Of a DNA stretch of 64,000 nucleotides, positions 48,480 to 61,859 are shown piece after piece. Location of the stretch: NCBI GenBank assembly GCA_044892505.1, contig CM097883.1:308698001-308762000 (forward strand). Direction: 5' to 3'. Source of the stretch: Schmidtea nova. Lineage: Eukaryota. The notes under the pieces were generated by a model, which saw only the letters and a list, made by a program, of their open reading frames with translations, searched no databases and was not told the origin of the DNA. A program made the translations under genes and the position numbers. Every line of letters begins with the position of its first letter. Positions within the stretch are counted from its first letter, which is position 1.

Positions 48480-49393
48480 TTATTAATTAAAACTCAAATT
48501 CATATTTATACATATTTATACATACATAAATCGCTTGTAAAATCTCATAAATTTTCATAAAAGCAAATTGCGTTTTTTCTTTAATTTTAAATTGTCTTAA
48601 ATTCTAAATTCTCGAAAAAAGGCTGTGGTTAAGTTTAATTTATTTATCTTATTTGCTTTTTCGAAAAGGAATTATTTAAAGCCAAATTTGGTATTTATTT
48701 TTTAACTGTTACTAATTTGGCATACATTTTACGACAATTAGCAGTAAAATTGTCATAAAAGAACAAAAGTGCATTTCTTTTGTAAATTGACTCTTAGATT
48801 TCAAAATGTCACTTATTTTTCATTTGAAGTTTTTTCATTGTTATCTTATAATTATGAAAAAAAGAAGAAAAAAACATCCGAAAGCAAAAAGCCATTAATT
48901 TGAATACTTTTTCAGACAGTTGAATGAAATGCTCTTAATAAACACTTGACTAAGCAATAACTTATGATCATCAAAATTAATTATTATTTTTTGTTTTAAT
49001 TGTGTAAATGCTTATAAATCTCTGAAGTTTTATTTATTATTTATTGATAGAAAATTAGTTGATCACCATTGATCTTTTTTCAATATCTCTTTTTTCCAAA
49101 TATTTTATTCTTATTTTCTAAATATAAAATAATTTTAGATCTATAATTTATAAAATGAGAAAAATAAAAATAAAAAATAAACCCCTTTTCATTTAATACC
49201 AAATAACTACGAAGAAAATACCAATTTCTAGAACTCTATGCCATTCTAAATTGCGTTGGAATATCTTAAAGTTTTATCGTCGATGTTTGCACCTAAACAA
49301 GTGAGCGATCTGGCACACGCCATTTATCCTTAAACTGTATGAATTTTGTAATAATTATACGATGACCCCTAAAAATATACAGTACTACATAAT

Positions 49394-49433
<40 letters not shown>

Positions 49434-50725
49434 GTAATCATTATGAGATGTCGTGTGTATTACATAACAGTTACGTATTACTTATTACATAATATGCCCG
49501 ATGTCGTAATACTTTATGTTTTATCTAATCGATGACGCATTGCTTTATATTTTGTATTACTTTTTGTCATTACTTTGTTAATTATGTAACATTGAAACTT
49601 TTTAATTTTAATTAATTTAAATTTAATTTTCAATATTTTCTCAAAAAAATACATAGTCTATTAATCTTTTCAAATTGTATTCAAATACTTCCAAAAATTT
49701 ATTAGAATTCAATAATTTTTATACCAATTCACTGAGAATTACACAAAAAGGATCAAATTTTACACGTAAAAACCTTACTCCTACAATTTTCAAAACTTTA
49801 AAAATGGTCAGAATTCAATAATTTTTATACCAATCTACTGAGAATTGAACGGAAAGAAAAAAGGATAAAAAGCCAAAATATGAAAATTTGGTCTCATATA
49901 ATCAAATTTTACACGTAAAAACCTTATTCCGGGAATTTACAAAAATGGTCACAAATAAATAATTTTTACATCAAAATACTCACAATTTAATGGTGAAAAA
50001 TTAACAACACACGTTTAAAATAAATCTTTATATGATAAATTTCTTCGGCCTATACTTTGTATTGTAAAGATCATCATAGTATGCCTTTCGAATTTCGGCA
50101 ACCAAAATATGTACTGATTGTTGTAGTTTAAAGTCATGACAACAAGCACATCCATTGGAACTCGAAACTCGTATTTTTTCTTTGCATACCAATGCATTGA
50201 CATATCCTTGAGTTTGGTCATAAAGTTACTGGGTTCCATTCTGGATAAGATCGAGTTACATGATAATGATGAGTCAAAAAGCTCAAAACACGTCTTCTTA
50301 TAAAAGATCTCATCGAATAACACAATACCCAAAATTATTTGATTTTAAAAATTTAAAAGTATAAATTTATAAATTATTAATTGCTTATCAGGTTTTTTGC
50401 AACATTATTTTACTGATTTAATAGCATTTTTAACAATTCCAATTTTCTTTTCAAAATTGTAAAATTCCTTGCCAGTTTTTCAATGTCTGAAATTCATTAA
50501 TTTTATTTTCTTTTTTATAAGAAAATAAAATTTTTTAAACTCTGAATTTCGAAAGATATTCAATCGGGTAGATTAATAATATACATTTTCAACAGTTGCA
50601 TTAAAAATGGCTTTAATAAAAATCATGTTGAATTATATTATTCTGAAAATTATAATTTTTATGTTTTTACTATTTACACGTTTTCCTTATTAAAATTCAT
50701 TTTCTAAATATTTTTCAATAATATT

Positions 50726-51173
50726 AATATCAATAATTCCCATAATGGTAAGACTAAATATCAAAATTTCTTTATATAAGTACACAATATTTCAGTACAG
50801 CCTTTATCAAGTGTGTATTTGGAAATACAAACTTGAAAAAGGCTGTGCCGAAATATTGTGTACTTGTTTAAAGAAATTTTGATTTATAAATTATTATAAA
50901 AATATAAATTTATAAATTATTAAATGCTTATCAGTTTTTTTGTTACATTATTTTACTGATTTAATAGCATTTTTAACAATTCCAATTTGCTTTTCAAAAT
51001 TGTCAAATTCCTTGACAGTTTTTCAATGTCTGAAATTCATTTATTTTATTTTCATTTTTTTAAGAAAATAAATTTTTTTGTAACACACACTTGATAAAGG
51101 CTGTGCCGAAATATTTGTACTTATTTAAAGAAATTGTTATCTATAGTCATCCATTATGGGAATTATTGATATT
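50726..51173. repeat. Hairpin family A, expanded copy 3 (~88-bp arms around a duplicated flank segment)
   Basis: Arms AATATCAATAATTCCCATAATGG...TTTATCAAGTGTGT and its reverse complement; the family flank appears in reverse orientation at about 51178-51216; interior 50895-51080 repeats 50355-50540. Confidence 0.75.
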
Positions 51174-51425
51174 TATATTAAAAAAAGATCAAAGGTGAAA
51201 CAAAAAGATAATTATGACATTTTTCATTAAATTTATATATTTTTTATTTTTTATTTCTTATTAAATCCATTTCTGCTGAATTGATTTGCAATATAGCTAT
51301 ATACAATAAATATAATTTTTATTTTTTTCTTTAAAGTTTTTCCTTATCAAAATATATCATAGCTGTAACTTGGCTTTTAGAAATTGGTTATGAAGGTTAA
51401 GAACGTGTTATATACATTATAGTAT

Positions 51426-51751
51426 AAAATGGTGATTCCTTGGTAGCAGCATTAAGTATAAATTAATTAATAAATAAGTAACAAAATAAGCCTTTGCTGC
51501 AAAAATAATTTTATTAAGTGAGAAAATTTTTGATTATAAAATAATCCTCGTCATTAATAAATAAACAATTAATAAATAAGTAACAAATTAAGCCTTTGCT
51601 GCAAAAATAATTTTATTAAGTGAGAAAATTTTCGATAATAAAATAATCCTCGTCACAGAGATTGACGAGAATTATTTTATAATCGAAAATTTTCTCACTT
51701 AATAAAATTATTTTTGCAGCAAAGGCTTAATTTGTTACTTATTTATTAATT
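51426..51751. repeat. Hairpin repeat family B, copy 1
   Basis: Leader AAAATGGTGATTCCTTGGTAGCAGCATTAAG, a direct copy of the arm, then ~89-bp inverted arms around the loop at 51656-51662. Confidence 0.85.
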
Positions 51752-52990
51752 AATATATACATAATAATAATAATAATTATTATAATCATTGTTATTCGCC
51801 GTATATATTTATGTCCTTTACCAAATCATATCTAAATTTTCTAAATAAATAAATCAGTCTTTTTCGGTAAATTATAAATCAAAATCGATTTAATTAAATA
51901 ATTAAACACAAAAATGAAAATATCAAATTAAAAAAAATTAATAACGTCGAATGATCGGCCTTTGATTCCATCTAGTTAATGAGATAATTAAATCAGAAAC
52001 GACATTTGAATTTTTCAAAAGACGTAATAATCTTACCAACAGAAAAAATAGGAATTATTATTAGCTGTTGTTTTAATCAATGACTTGGTGTTATATTACA
52101 CTTAATTATATATATATATTGTTTAAATCACGCTTCTTGAATTTATATGATTTCGATGGGTATTTTGTAATAATGTTTTTAAGATTAATTTATTATTATT
52201 ATTGTTATAAAGTAATAGATATATATAATATNNNNNNNNNNNNNNNNNNNNNNNNNNNNNNNNNNNNNNNNNNNNNNNNNNNNNNNNNNNNNNNNNNNNN
52301 NNNNNNNNNNNNNNNNNNNNNNNNNNNNNNNNNNNNNNNNNNNNNNNNNNNNNNNNNNNNNNNNNNNNNNNNNNNNNNNNNNNNNNNNNNNNNNNNNNNN
52401 NNNNNNNNNNTTTCGATCTCACATTTTGGAATCATTTGCAGAGAGTAGAAATAGATTTTATGACTAGTTTGCCAGCGTTGCAATGACGGGTGAGTTTATC
52501 TTTTTCTGGAAAAAAATTAGCAAATCGGTTTCATAATTGATAAATTTCCCATCATAACAACTATGAAAAGAGAGGCTTTATTTATCCAAAAAAGAGTTAT
52601 TATATCTTCCATTGGACTATGAAAACGATGATTTGTAGCATATCTGTTAGTTCTTCACTGGCATAACTGCAACCATGGTTATTTAACAGCATTAAAATTA
52701 TATTTACACTATTTAACGTAAAGTTATTTTAAATATGAACAACAACATCTTAATATTATAATAAGTTGGTAAAAATGTTTAGATTTGCAATTTACCCGCA
52801 AAATTAAATGTCAAATTAAAAAGGCTTTTTTTGGTTATAAATTAAAATTGATAAATTGATATTGATATACTTAGCAGATTTATTATTTTATAATTAACAA
52901 ACAAATTAATTTTTGAAATTTAACGCAAGTGTAATATTATTTTATTATATAAGTGTATATATTAAATAATAAATATTTTAGGGTGATATT

Positions 52991-54743
52991 ATGGACAATT
53001 TTGTAGAAGAATTTATAGAAATTTACGAGTTGGAAGAAGATGCTAATAATAATAGACACTGAGTACCAAGATCAAAAAACCGGGAATGGTTCAAAATTTC
53101 AGAATTCCAAAAAACTGAAGAAGCTGATGATTATATCAATAAAGAAGGTGCTTGGAGCCAATGCTCCACAAAGAAAACATTGAAGGGAGACAAAACCGAA
53201 TTTAGATGCAAACTTGGAAATTATCGTAAAGAAGAGTGCCCTACTCGAATATTCTCACTTTTCCATTCGACTAGTGATATGGTATCACTTTATTCAGCAG
53301 ACAGTGAACATTTGCACCATAAAACAAATAACCGTGGTTAGATGATGAAATTAAAATTGTAGTTAAAGACTTATTCCTAAGTGTCGTAGAAAAACAATAT
53401 TCTATTTTAAGTAATCTTAGAAAGAATGGTTTACCAGAACCGTCAAAATCAAAACTAATTACGTTCATTAGACAACTTGGAACTAATAAGAATGGTCCAT
53501 CTACAATTTCAGGATTCGAACAAAACAATTGGTGCGAAGATCATAAAAATGTGCCCGAATCTTGTGATACCCTCTTTGTGCTGGATTATCATACTAAATG
53601 CAATTCTATCAATATAGGTGATCAAGAGTTAATCGTGTTAGTTTCTACTGTAAGACTGTTACAACAATTACAATTTAGTGACATGGTGCAAAAGAACCTA
53701 TAAATTAATATGGCGAGGAAATCCAGTGATAATATTTGATACAATTGATAAAAATAAAGTTTTCCATCCTTTTGCAATAACACTATTTAATAAAGAAACT
53801 GAAGACGAATTTCAATTCATTTTTACTGACCTTTGAAAATTTGATTCAATTTGGAAACCTACAATTTTACTGGCTGGCGGAAGTGCAGCAATTACTAACG
53901 GTTTCATTAGGACTTTTGCGCCACCAAAAATACGACTAATGTGTTTTTTTCATGTCTTACTAAATGTTGAAAAAATATTAAGGGTCTTAAAGGTGTCAAC
54001 AGAAATAAAAAAAACATTCATTCATTACAAATGTCAAATAATAAACGAAAACTTTGTAAAGGCATCAGTATTTTTCGTAGAAAAATGGAAAGAAACTGTT
54101 TCGGAATTTATTAATTATTTCAATACTGCGTGACTAAAATCATATCAGAATTGGTTCGAAGGTGCAGCATCCAAGTACAAACAATGGGATTGAATCTGAC
54201 AATTCCATATTAAGAAAGAACACACTTTAAGAGATCGTTTACCTGTTTCTCAATTTTTAAACAAATTAAATGATTTACTTATTAAATGGTCTTTGGGCAG
54301 AAACCTAGAGCTGCAGAGCTACAAAATGTTTTCTGTGAAACCAACAGTTACTTTAACAGAATGAACCGAATCTTATCATTGGGCATTGCAAAACAAGAAA
54401 ATAATAAAAGTGAATAATACATACTATGTATGTTCTCAAATTCGAATTATAAAAGTATAACTTCCGAATTGGTAACCAAACCTATTTATGAAGACTGAGA
54501 AACCTTTGAAGATTTTGAACAGAGTTTTTATGGCACTTGGGCGTTTAATATAGATGCAGATATTAGTAAATGTAATTGTACGTGTCAAATATTTCAATAA
54601 CATTATAAGTGCAAGCATAAGTTGGGTCTTCTAATCCGTTTAAAGAAATTGAAGTCCATGACGAAGCAAGATGTATTCCTTTAGGGAAAAAACGTAAACG
54701 TGGGCTCACATCAAAAGCAAAGAAAGCTTTAATTATTCAATAA
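52991..54743 (+). mobile_element. Mutator-like (MULE) transposase pseudogene with SWIM finger
   Basis: TYKLIWRGNPVII...FHPFA...ETEDEF, MCFFHV, WFEG, KKEHTLRDRLP, C.CTC..F....KCKH and PLGKKRKRG; many stops and frameshifts; TIRs not identified. Confidence 0.85.
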
Positions 54744-56483
54744 ATTTACATAAATTTCCTTAACCTCTTATCCTGCCTTATGCGGTGTCGAGGTAACCAG
54801 TAACCCCGAGCCACGTAAAAGTTTATAGCGAATTTTATTAATATTTATAGCTAATTTCGAAATTATTTCAGAATATTTGTTATTACCAACTTAACCCTAT
54901 TTGAACGTTTTTAATTCTATTTTCTTCACGCTTGTGTTGTCGTTTTATACTTAATTTATGCGTCTATTTGATCTATCTTGGAGCTAAATGTTTAAATCTG
55001 GCATGCAAATCATTTATTTAAAAAAAATAAATAACTGGCGTTAATTAACATATTTTAATGTGTACTTATATATACCCCAATAATTATTACTATTNNNNNN
55101 NNNNNNNNNNNNNNNNNNNNNNNNNNNNNNNNNNNNNNNNNNNNNNNNNNNNNNNNNNNNNNNNNNNNNNNNNNNNNNNNNNNNNNNNNNNNNNNNNNNN
55201 NNNNNNNNNNNNNNNNNNNNNNNNNNNNNNNNNNNNNNNNNNNNNNNNNNNNNNNNNNNNNNNNNNNNNNNNNNNNNNNNNNNNNNNNNNNNNNNNNNNN
55301 NNNNNNNNNNNNNNNNNNNNNNNNNNNNNNNNNNNNNNNNNNNNNNNNNNNNNNNNNNNNNNNNNNNNNNNNNNNNNNNNNNNNNNNNNNNNNNNNNNNN
55401 NNNNNNNNNNNNNNNNNNNNNNNNNNNNNNNNNNNNNNNNNNNNNNNNNNNNNNNNNNNNNNNNNNNNNNNNNNNNNNNNNNNNNNNNNNNNNNNNNNNN
55501 NNNNNNNNNNNNNNNNNNNATCATCATAATTTCCCTTAAATTATTTAATTACCATGTTTTCTTAATAATTTATTGTCTGTAAATTTTTTTTGCTTTCAAG
55601 AAATAATAATTAATTCAATGATAAAAATAGGAAGTTATTGTCCAGTGAAACCTAATTGTAAAATGCTGCTATTATTTTGTTGATAATTGTACAAGCACAT
55701 TTGAAAATCAAAATAAAAAGGAAATATCTCCATTAAATTAAATGAAATTTTTAGAATAAATTTATTTATTTATTGTTAAGGAATTTCTAAATTTTCGTGA
55801 ATAATGGTAAATAAATTTCCACCCGATTTGGTTGCCAAAACCTAAAAATGTTTGGGAAGTATGTCAGGACGAATTGTAATTGAGATATGTACCGTAATTT
55901 AATTTCCTAATTCTATCTGTAAACAAATTTCCAGTTTTGAATACATTATCTTTCATACTGAAATAAATCTTTTTTCTTTGACTAAATTTCAATGTTTTTA
56001 TATTCAATTAATGCTGCTGGAACCTTTGGATAATTTTGACATCAATAGTTTATAACAGTAAATAAAATTTATTGTAATTTAATTTAATTTATTTCAATTA
56101 ATTATAATAGTTAGATTGAGTTTTTACGATATGTAAGAAAAGTTTTGGACTTTATTTTATTGCAATGGNNNNNNNNNNNNNNNNNNNNNNNNNNNNNNNN
56201 NNNNNNNNNNNNNNNNNNNNNNNNNNNNNNNNNNNNNNNNNNNNNNNNNNNNNNNNNNNNNNNNNNNNNNNNNNNNNNNNNNNNNNNNNNNNNNNNNNNN
56301 NNNNNNNNNNNNNNNNNNNNNNNNNNNNNNNNNNNNNNNNNNNNNNNNNNNNNNNNNNNNNNNNNNNNNNNNNNNNNNNNNNNNNNNNNNNNNNNNNNNN
56401 NNNNNNNNNNNNNNNNNNNNNNNNNNATTTATATTTTAATTAATATTTTAATATTTTCCTATATTTTTTAATCATATTTTTAG

Positions 56484-56666
56484 ATTTACAGTTATCATGT
56501 ATCCTCTTCGAACAAGACTGAGTTCAAAAATTATCCTACTTATCATTGTCATTATATGGCTGATTGCAATAGCTAGTGGGCTCATTGGTGCCATCAAAGC
56601 AAAAATTGTAATGGATGAAAACAGACAAATTTGTGATTTTCTCACTGAGGACGAATGGAAACTAAA
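56484..56666 (+). CDS. Tachykinin-receptor-like GPCR coding exon 2 (ICL2-TM4-ECL2)
   Basis: Acceptor TTTTTAG|A restores AGA (R) of DR; reads (R)FTVIMYPLRTRLSSKIILLIIVIIWLIAIASGLIG...RQICDF...WKL; phase-2 donor AA|GTAAAA at 56667; 183 nt. Confidence 0.88.
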
Positions 56667-58473
56667 GTAAAAGAACTTTTTTGTTTTGTTTTTATTTATT
56701 TAGGTACTTAAATAACAATTTTTTGTATTTTGTTAGAGATATGGTTATTTCTTTAGAAATATTAAAACAAATTATATCTAAGTATTAAGCATCGAATTTA
56801 TTAAATGCGTAGACATCAATTATTTGTGACCACTTTTGACAAATTGGTCAAGTCTGAAAGCCGGACAAATCCAACATCCCAAATGCATTACCTGAAACTA
56901 ACAAAATGCACCGACTATCACTTTGTACATGTAACCAATTTGGTAACTGCTATCCAAATTGAAAATGATTTCCTGCTCTGTAAAATAATTTAATTAAACT
57001 TTTTAATTTAAGAAAATAAACGGTTAATTTAAGATTCCATCATTTGCTTTTCGTCAGAAATCTAGTATTGCCTTCGATTACTTTAATTTATTTAGAGATA
57101 ATATAATTCTGCTGATGAAAGTACTGGGTTCTTTAATAAAAGTCGGTATTAGAACTTTTATTTCAAATTTTTATTTTAAATTTTATTTCAATTGTTTCAC
57201 AATCACAACAAATCTGTAAATAATATTTCAATCTTTTATCTGCACTTTTACATGCGTCACGGTAGGTCGTCCAATGAGAGATCGCCCAGTCTGAAACGTA
57301 GTTTGATTTGATTAGCTATGCACTTTTGATTTGCACTAACTCTATTTCGGATCAATATTTCTTTGTAATTTTGACTCGATATATTCTTTTCCAAACGCAT
57401 TGGTTCATAATAACTTTATTTTTTAATTCGGATTATTATTTCTTTGAATAGCTGACTCAAGTATTATCTTCGATAAACTGGCAAACTGAAAATTTGGAAA
57501 TCCTTTTTATCCCTTTTTTCTAAAAAATACAAAATAATTAATTTTCGGATTTTTAGGAATTCTCTCGAAAATAATCCAAAAATCAACTTTTTCCATGTTT
57601 GTTTTTCACCACTCGCAATCGCCAAATTTGTAATTTTCTTCGATCACGAAGGCCGTCAGCTTAACCAATTTTTTAATTAATTTATATGACGGCGGGTTTC
57701 CCATTACCCGGATTTCCAATTAACTAATCAAGTTTATTTTGTATTTTGATTTGTATTTTCTTAATATCATTTTCTCGGCACTCCTTACTTATTTTATATT
57801 ACTATATCGTTTCATCATTTGGTATCTGTTCATACATATTTCTTCCGTGACATGATAATTTATAATTAATTTTTATTCTTTATTTATGTTGGGCTGGAGA
57901 AGTCGAAAATGAGGTTTGTTTAAAATCATCAAAATTAAAGGAATACAAAAAAATGGATTCAAAACGCACCATAAAATGTTAAGCACTAAAATAACGCAAA
58001 CTAAATTAAACAGTAAAGTGCAATAGTAGCCATCTGAGCCGCATTCTAATAGTCAGTCTAGATAGGGTTAAAACGATATAAAATAGGCATTTCAAGAGTG
58101 AGAACAGAATTTGAGTGCAGGTCGAATTTACATACGAAAGACCGCACAAGAATTGAATGGGGAAGATCATTGCTTGTATCGTGAATAAAAAAAGCATAAT
58201 CAAAGTAAAAGATTTGTATCAGAATAAATGAAATAATTTATTAAAAATTATAGAAAAAATCCCGATTGAAATATCGTAAAAATAACAGAGTTAAGAATGA
58301 AAATAGAAATAAATTAAATTTGGTTGTTTTAACCAATCAAATAACTTACAAAAACAATGGATACACACCATCATTTAATAATATTAAAAACAAATATTTT
58401 ATAAAATAAATAAATCAAATTATCAAAATCAAATTTACAGAAAATAAATAAATACTCATTTATTAAAACTAAT

Positions 58474-58620
58474 AAAATGGTGATTCCTTGGTAGCAGCAT
58501 TAAGTATTAAATAAATTAATAAATAAGTAACAAAATAAGCCTTTGCTGCAAAAACAATTTTATTAACTGAGAAAATTGTTTTTGCAACAAGGGCTTATTT
58601 TGTTACTTATTTATTAATTT
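58474..58620. repeat. Hairpin repeat family B, copy 2
   Basis: Same leader as at 51426; shorter ~49-bp arms (58513-58561, 58572-58620). Confidence 0.85.
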
Positions 58621-60719
58621 AATTAAAACTAATAAATAAGTTTAAATCGTTAATATCCGTTTTTAAATAACAACATACGTGGGTGGCAGTAGAATTTGTT
58701 TAAATAGACGCTGAAAAAGCACAATCAAAACTTACTTTTGTATTAATTAACTAAGTGTGATTTTCGGATTCTGCCAGTCAGTCGTAGAGATCAAGTATGT
58801 GTTTATATTTTCTTTTGTAAAGTTTTATGGGTAATTATAATGTGGTGTTTTACACTAGACTTTTGAGGTAAAAGTTTTGTTTTGATTAAGGGATTCCCGA
58901 TTAAACTCTGCCCATAAATAAATAAATGCGGCCTTTGCGATGAAAGCCACGGGGTTGAAGCCATAACTTTCGTGACTTTCAGAGTTATGCGGGTGCTGTA
59001 AGATTCAAACAAATAAATGTTGACAATTAAGTTAAGGGTGGTAGGGAAAGATAAATTAGACACATAATGGTAAACCAAGTGAAGGTAAGAAGGATTATAA
59101 ATATTTTTGGAGAATGAACAAGCACAAAACTACGATACTATAAGGTGATATGAAGCTAAGATTTGAACATGCGACAGGACCATAAAGCAAGTAGATGCGT
59201 AAGTCTTTCTATCTGTAGCAGGAACCCGAAAGAGATAATATAGTAGTTTTGACAACGAAACTCACCTACTCACTAGATTCTCGCTACCGTTTACAGTACA
59301 AACATAGTTTACCAAGAAAGAACCATGTGTACACGAGTGAGGCAGTTTCACAATTATGAAGGGCAATGGCTTGTAGTCATCCCTAGTAACCAATAACATT
59401 TTTAATAACAGCCCATAGCACCAACATTTATTATTTGCTGATTTTTTATGAATTTACTCTTTTTATTGATCTACACTCTGTGTATTTCATTTTATTTTTG
59501 CATCAATGTAGATAACTCTAACAAAAGGAATATGATTTACCATTATGCATATACAACCTTTTTTACCCAACTTCGTCCGGGATGAATTCAAATTCATTCT
59601 TTATTCATTATAATTAATTGTATTTATTAATTTGTATTGTAAATATTGCGGCGTTATTTTGGTGTTCGCTAATATTAAAAGTTGAAAATATCACCGTGGA
59701 CCTTATTTCATGTGGCACCCGCAAAGTATAGTGAACACACAATTAATCTGTTAATAATAATATTAAGTTGGAAATTGGAAATTAAAACGCTAACAGTCCA
59801 TCAAATAATCAAACAGACACGTTTATTTCCTGTTTTATACTTCAGATCAGCAATTTCTACATGTTGAATGAATAATTTTGGTTCCTACAAGAGTACATTA
59901 TAAATATTTACAGGGGATAATTATTATCGCATCTACTAAACTCAATAGATTAGAAATGTTTATGTTATAAAGTTATTTGTAGTCTAAATAATTTGGAACA
60001 ACCCCTTTGGTTCTTAGTTTTAATTTCTGGTATGAGAGATACAATCACCCTTTTAAATAGACAAATGAGAAAAACATCTTATTGAACCTCAGTTAGTTGA
60101 GCAGGTAAAAGGGTAGGCGCGTGAGGGTAATAATTTCATTCGCGTCAGATGTGTCTTCACAGCTGAAGATGACAGTGAACATTACAGAGCAGCTGTAGGG
60201 TTATCTGGTAAAGTCTTGACAGAAAGAACAAATATTCAATAGCCTGGTATGGCATTGACCTCACACAACTGTGTGAGGGTTAAAACTAAAAAGTAAAATC
60301 ACCGGATTCTGGAAATGGTAGGATAATAGTTGCCATAATAATGATAAGCATATGAGGTGGCCATATTGAATATTATCGTCTAATTAAGAGAAGAAATTTT
60401 TATTAAAAATATAAATTTATAAATTTATATATTCTATTATCATCAGTGAAATCCTATTATACTTCTTGTTTATCTTATGTCAAAAGATAAATAATTTGAA
60501 AACACTCAGATTCACTACATTTTCTGATATAAGTAAACATTCATTATTTCGTAGCGTGATAAATGGCATTACTGTCAGAATTCTAACACAAAATATACAA
60601 TTTATCTTTACAGCAGTTAGATGATTTTATTTCTACTGCAAAATACAACTAAAAGAGCTCTTGCAAATGTAAAAAATCTGAAAAAATTATATTTTTGTTT
60701 AAATTACATTCATTTGAAC

Positions 60720-60751
<32 letters not shown>

Positions 60752-60753
<2 letters not shown>

Positions 60754-61362
60754 TAAATAAGAGAACACCATTTTTTTAAATATATTAATGCAATATATTT
60801 CAACAGCTTAGCTGTCATCATCAGGCTTTCCACAATCTCAATAAAATAAAAATTGATCTTAATTATACGTTTAATAGTGATTACATAATCACATGTGCAT
60901 AATCCAATAAAACTTTTATTTACCCTAGTAAAATTAATTAAACACTCTCAAAATTCATGTAGATATTGCATTTTGTATATTTATTTTAGGATTAAATGAT
61001 TTTATCGTCAATGCCTCACAATTCACACTTTTATAATAATTTTTAAAACCACTAGAAAGTAATTTGAAATTAGAAATATCAATGCTTTTCTTGCAAGTCT
61101 TATTATGCTCAATAATGTTACTCTTTCCGCTCTTTCTGGCATGTTCTTGAACTCGTGTACAGAGATGACGGGCAGTCTCTCCAATGTATGTGGCATTACA
61201 CCCATTACAAATAAAACGATATACGAGATCAGAACACAGACCAAATGGCGTCACAGATTTATTACTGAACATGTCACGAACTTTCCAAGACTTAGAAATT
61301 ATTTTAACATTAGTATTTCCAATATATTTTATAATAGATTTTTTAAAATTTACAAATCCCTC
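60752..61362 (-). mobile_element. Penelope-like 3' fragment (GIY-YIG + hammerhead motif at 60783-60835)
   Basis: Near-identical to 23625-24236; abuts (TAA)n at its 3' end and the AGTAGG terminus at its 5' break. Confidence 0.9.
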
Positions 61363-61363
61363 A

Positions 61364-61859
61364 AGTAGGAGGTAGTGTCCTGTCCAGATCCACTACCCCC
61401 ATGTGTGTATATTACGTAATCGCTCGGACTTTACATAGCACACATGATTACGTAATTCTCGGGTTCTACATAACACACACGTTATTATGTAATATTTCTC
61501 GGCCTTTTACATAGCACACGAATTATGATGTCATGATTACGTAATCGAGGTCAAAGGTCAAAGTCGTTTCGAGGTCAAGGTCATTTCAAGGTCATTTTGA
61601 GGTCAAGGTCAATTTTTTGTTTTAATTTAAATTTTTTGGCGCAATATTTGAATTTTACCGCATTTTTTTTTGAATTTTTGTTTAAATTTTAGATTTTTTC
61701 TCGAAATTTTTGAATTTTAGCGTCATTTTGTTTAATCAAAGTAAATTTTCAGCGCAATTTTCAAAAGTTTTAAATAATTTTTTTTTATTGTATTTATTTT
61801 ATTATTTTATTTAATATTATTTTTATATAATTATTTTTTTTATTACAATTAGTATTTAT
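61364..61859 (+). mobile_element. Possible Polinton terminal inverted repeat
   Basis: Begins AGTAGGAGGTAG (Polinton ends start AG/AGT), followed by short repeated motifs and GAGGTCAAAGGTCA clusters; partner end not in the window. Confidence 0.45.

Noticed and set aside
59682-59870. Minus-strand frame readable with TGA=Trp, suggesting a NUMT
   Set aside because: No similarity to any mitochondrial protein I recognise, and TAA stops follow.
60163-60210. CTGAAGATGACAG as a further hammerhead
   Set aside because: No GAAA after a closable stem II and no Penelope sequence adjacent.
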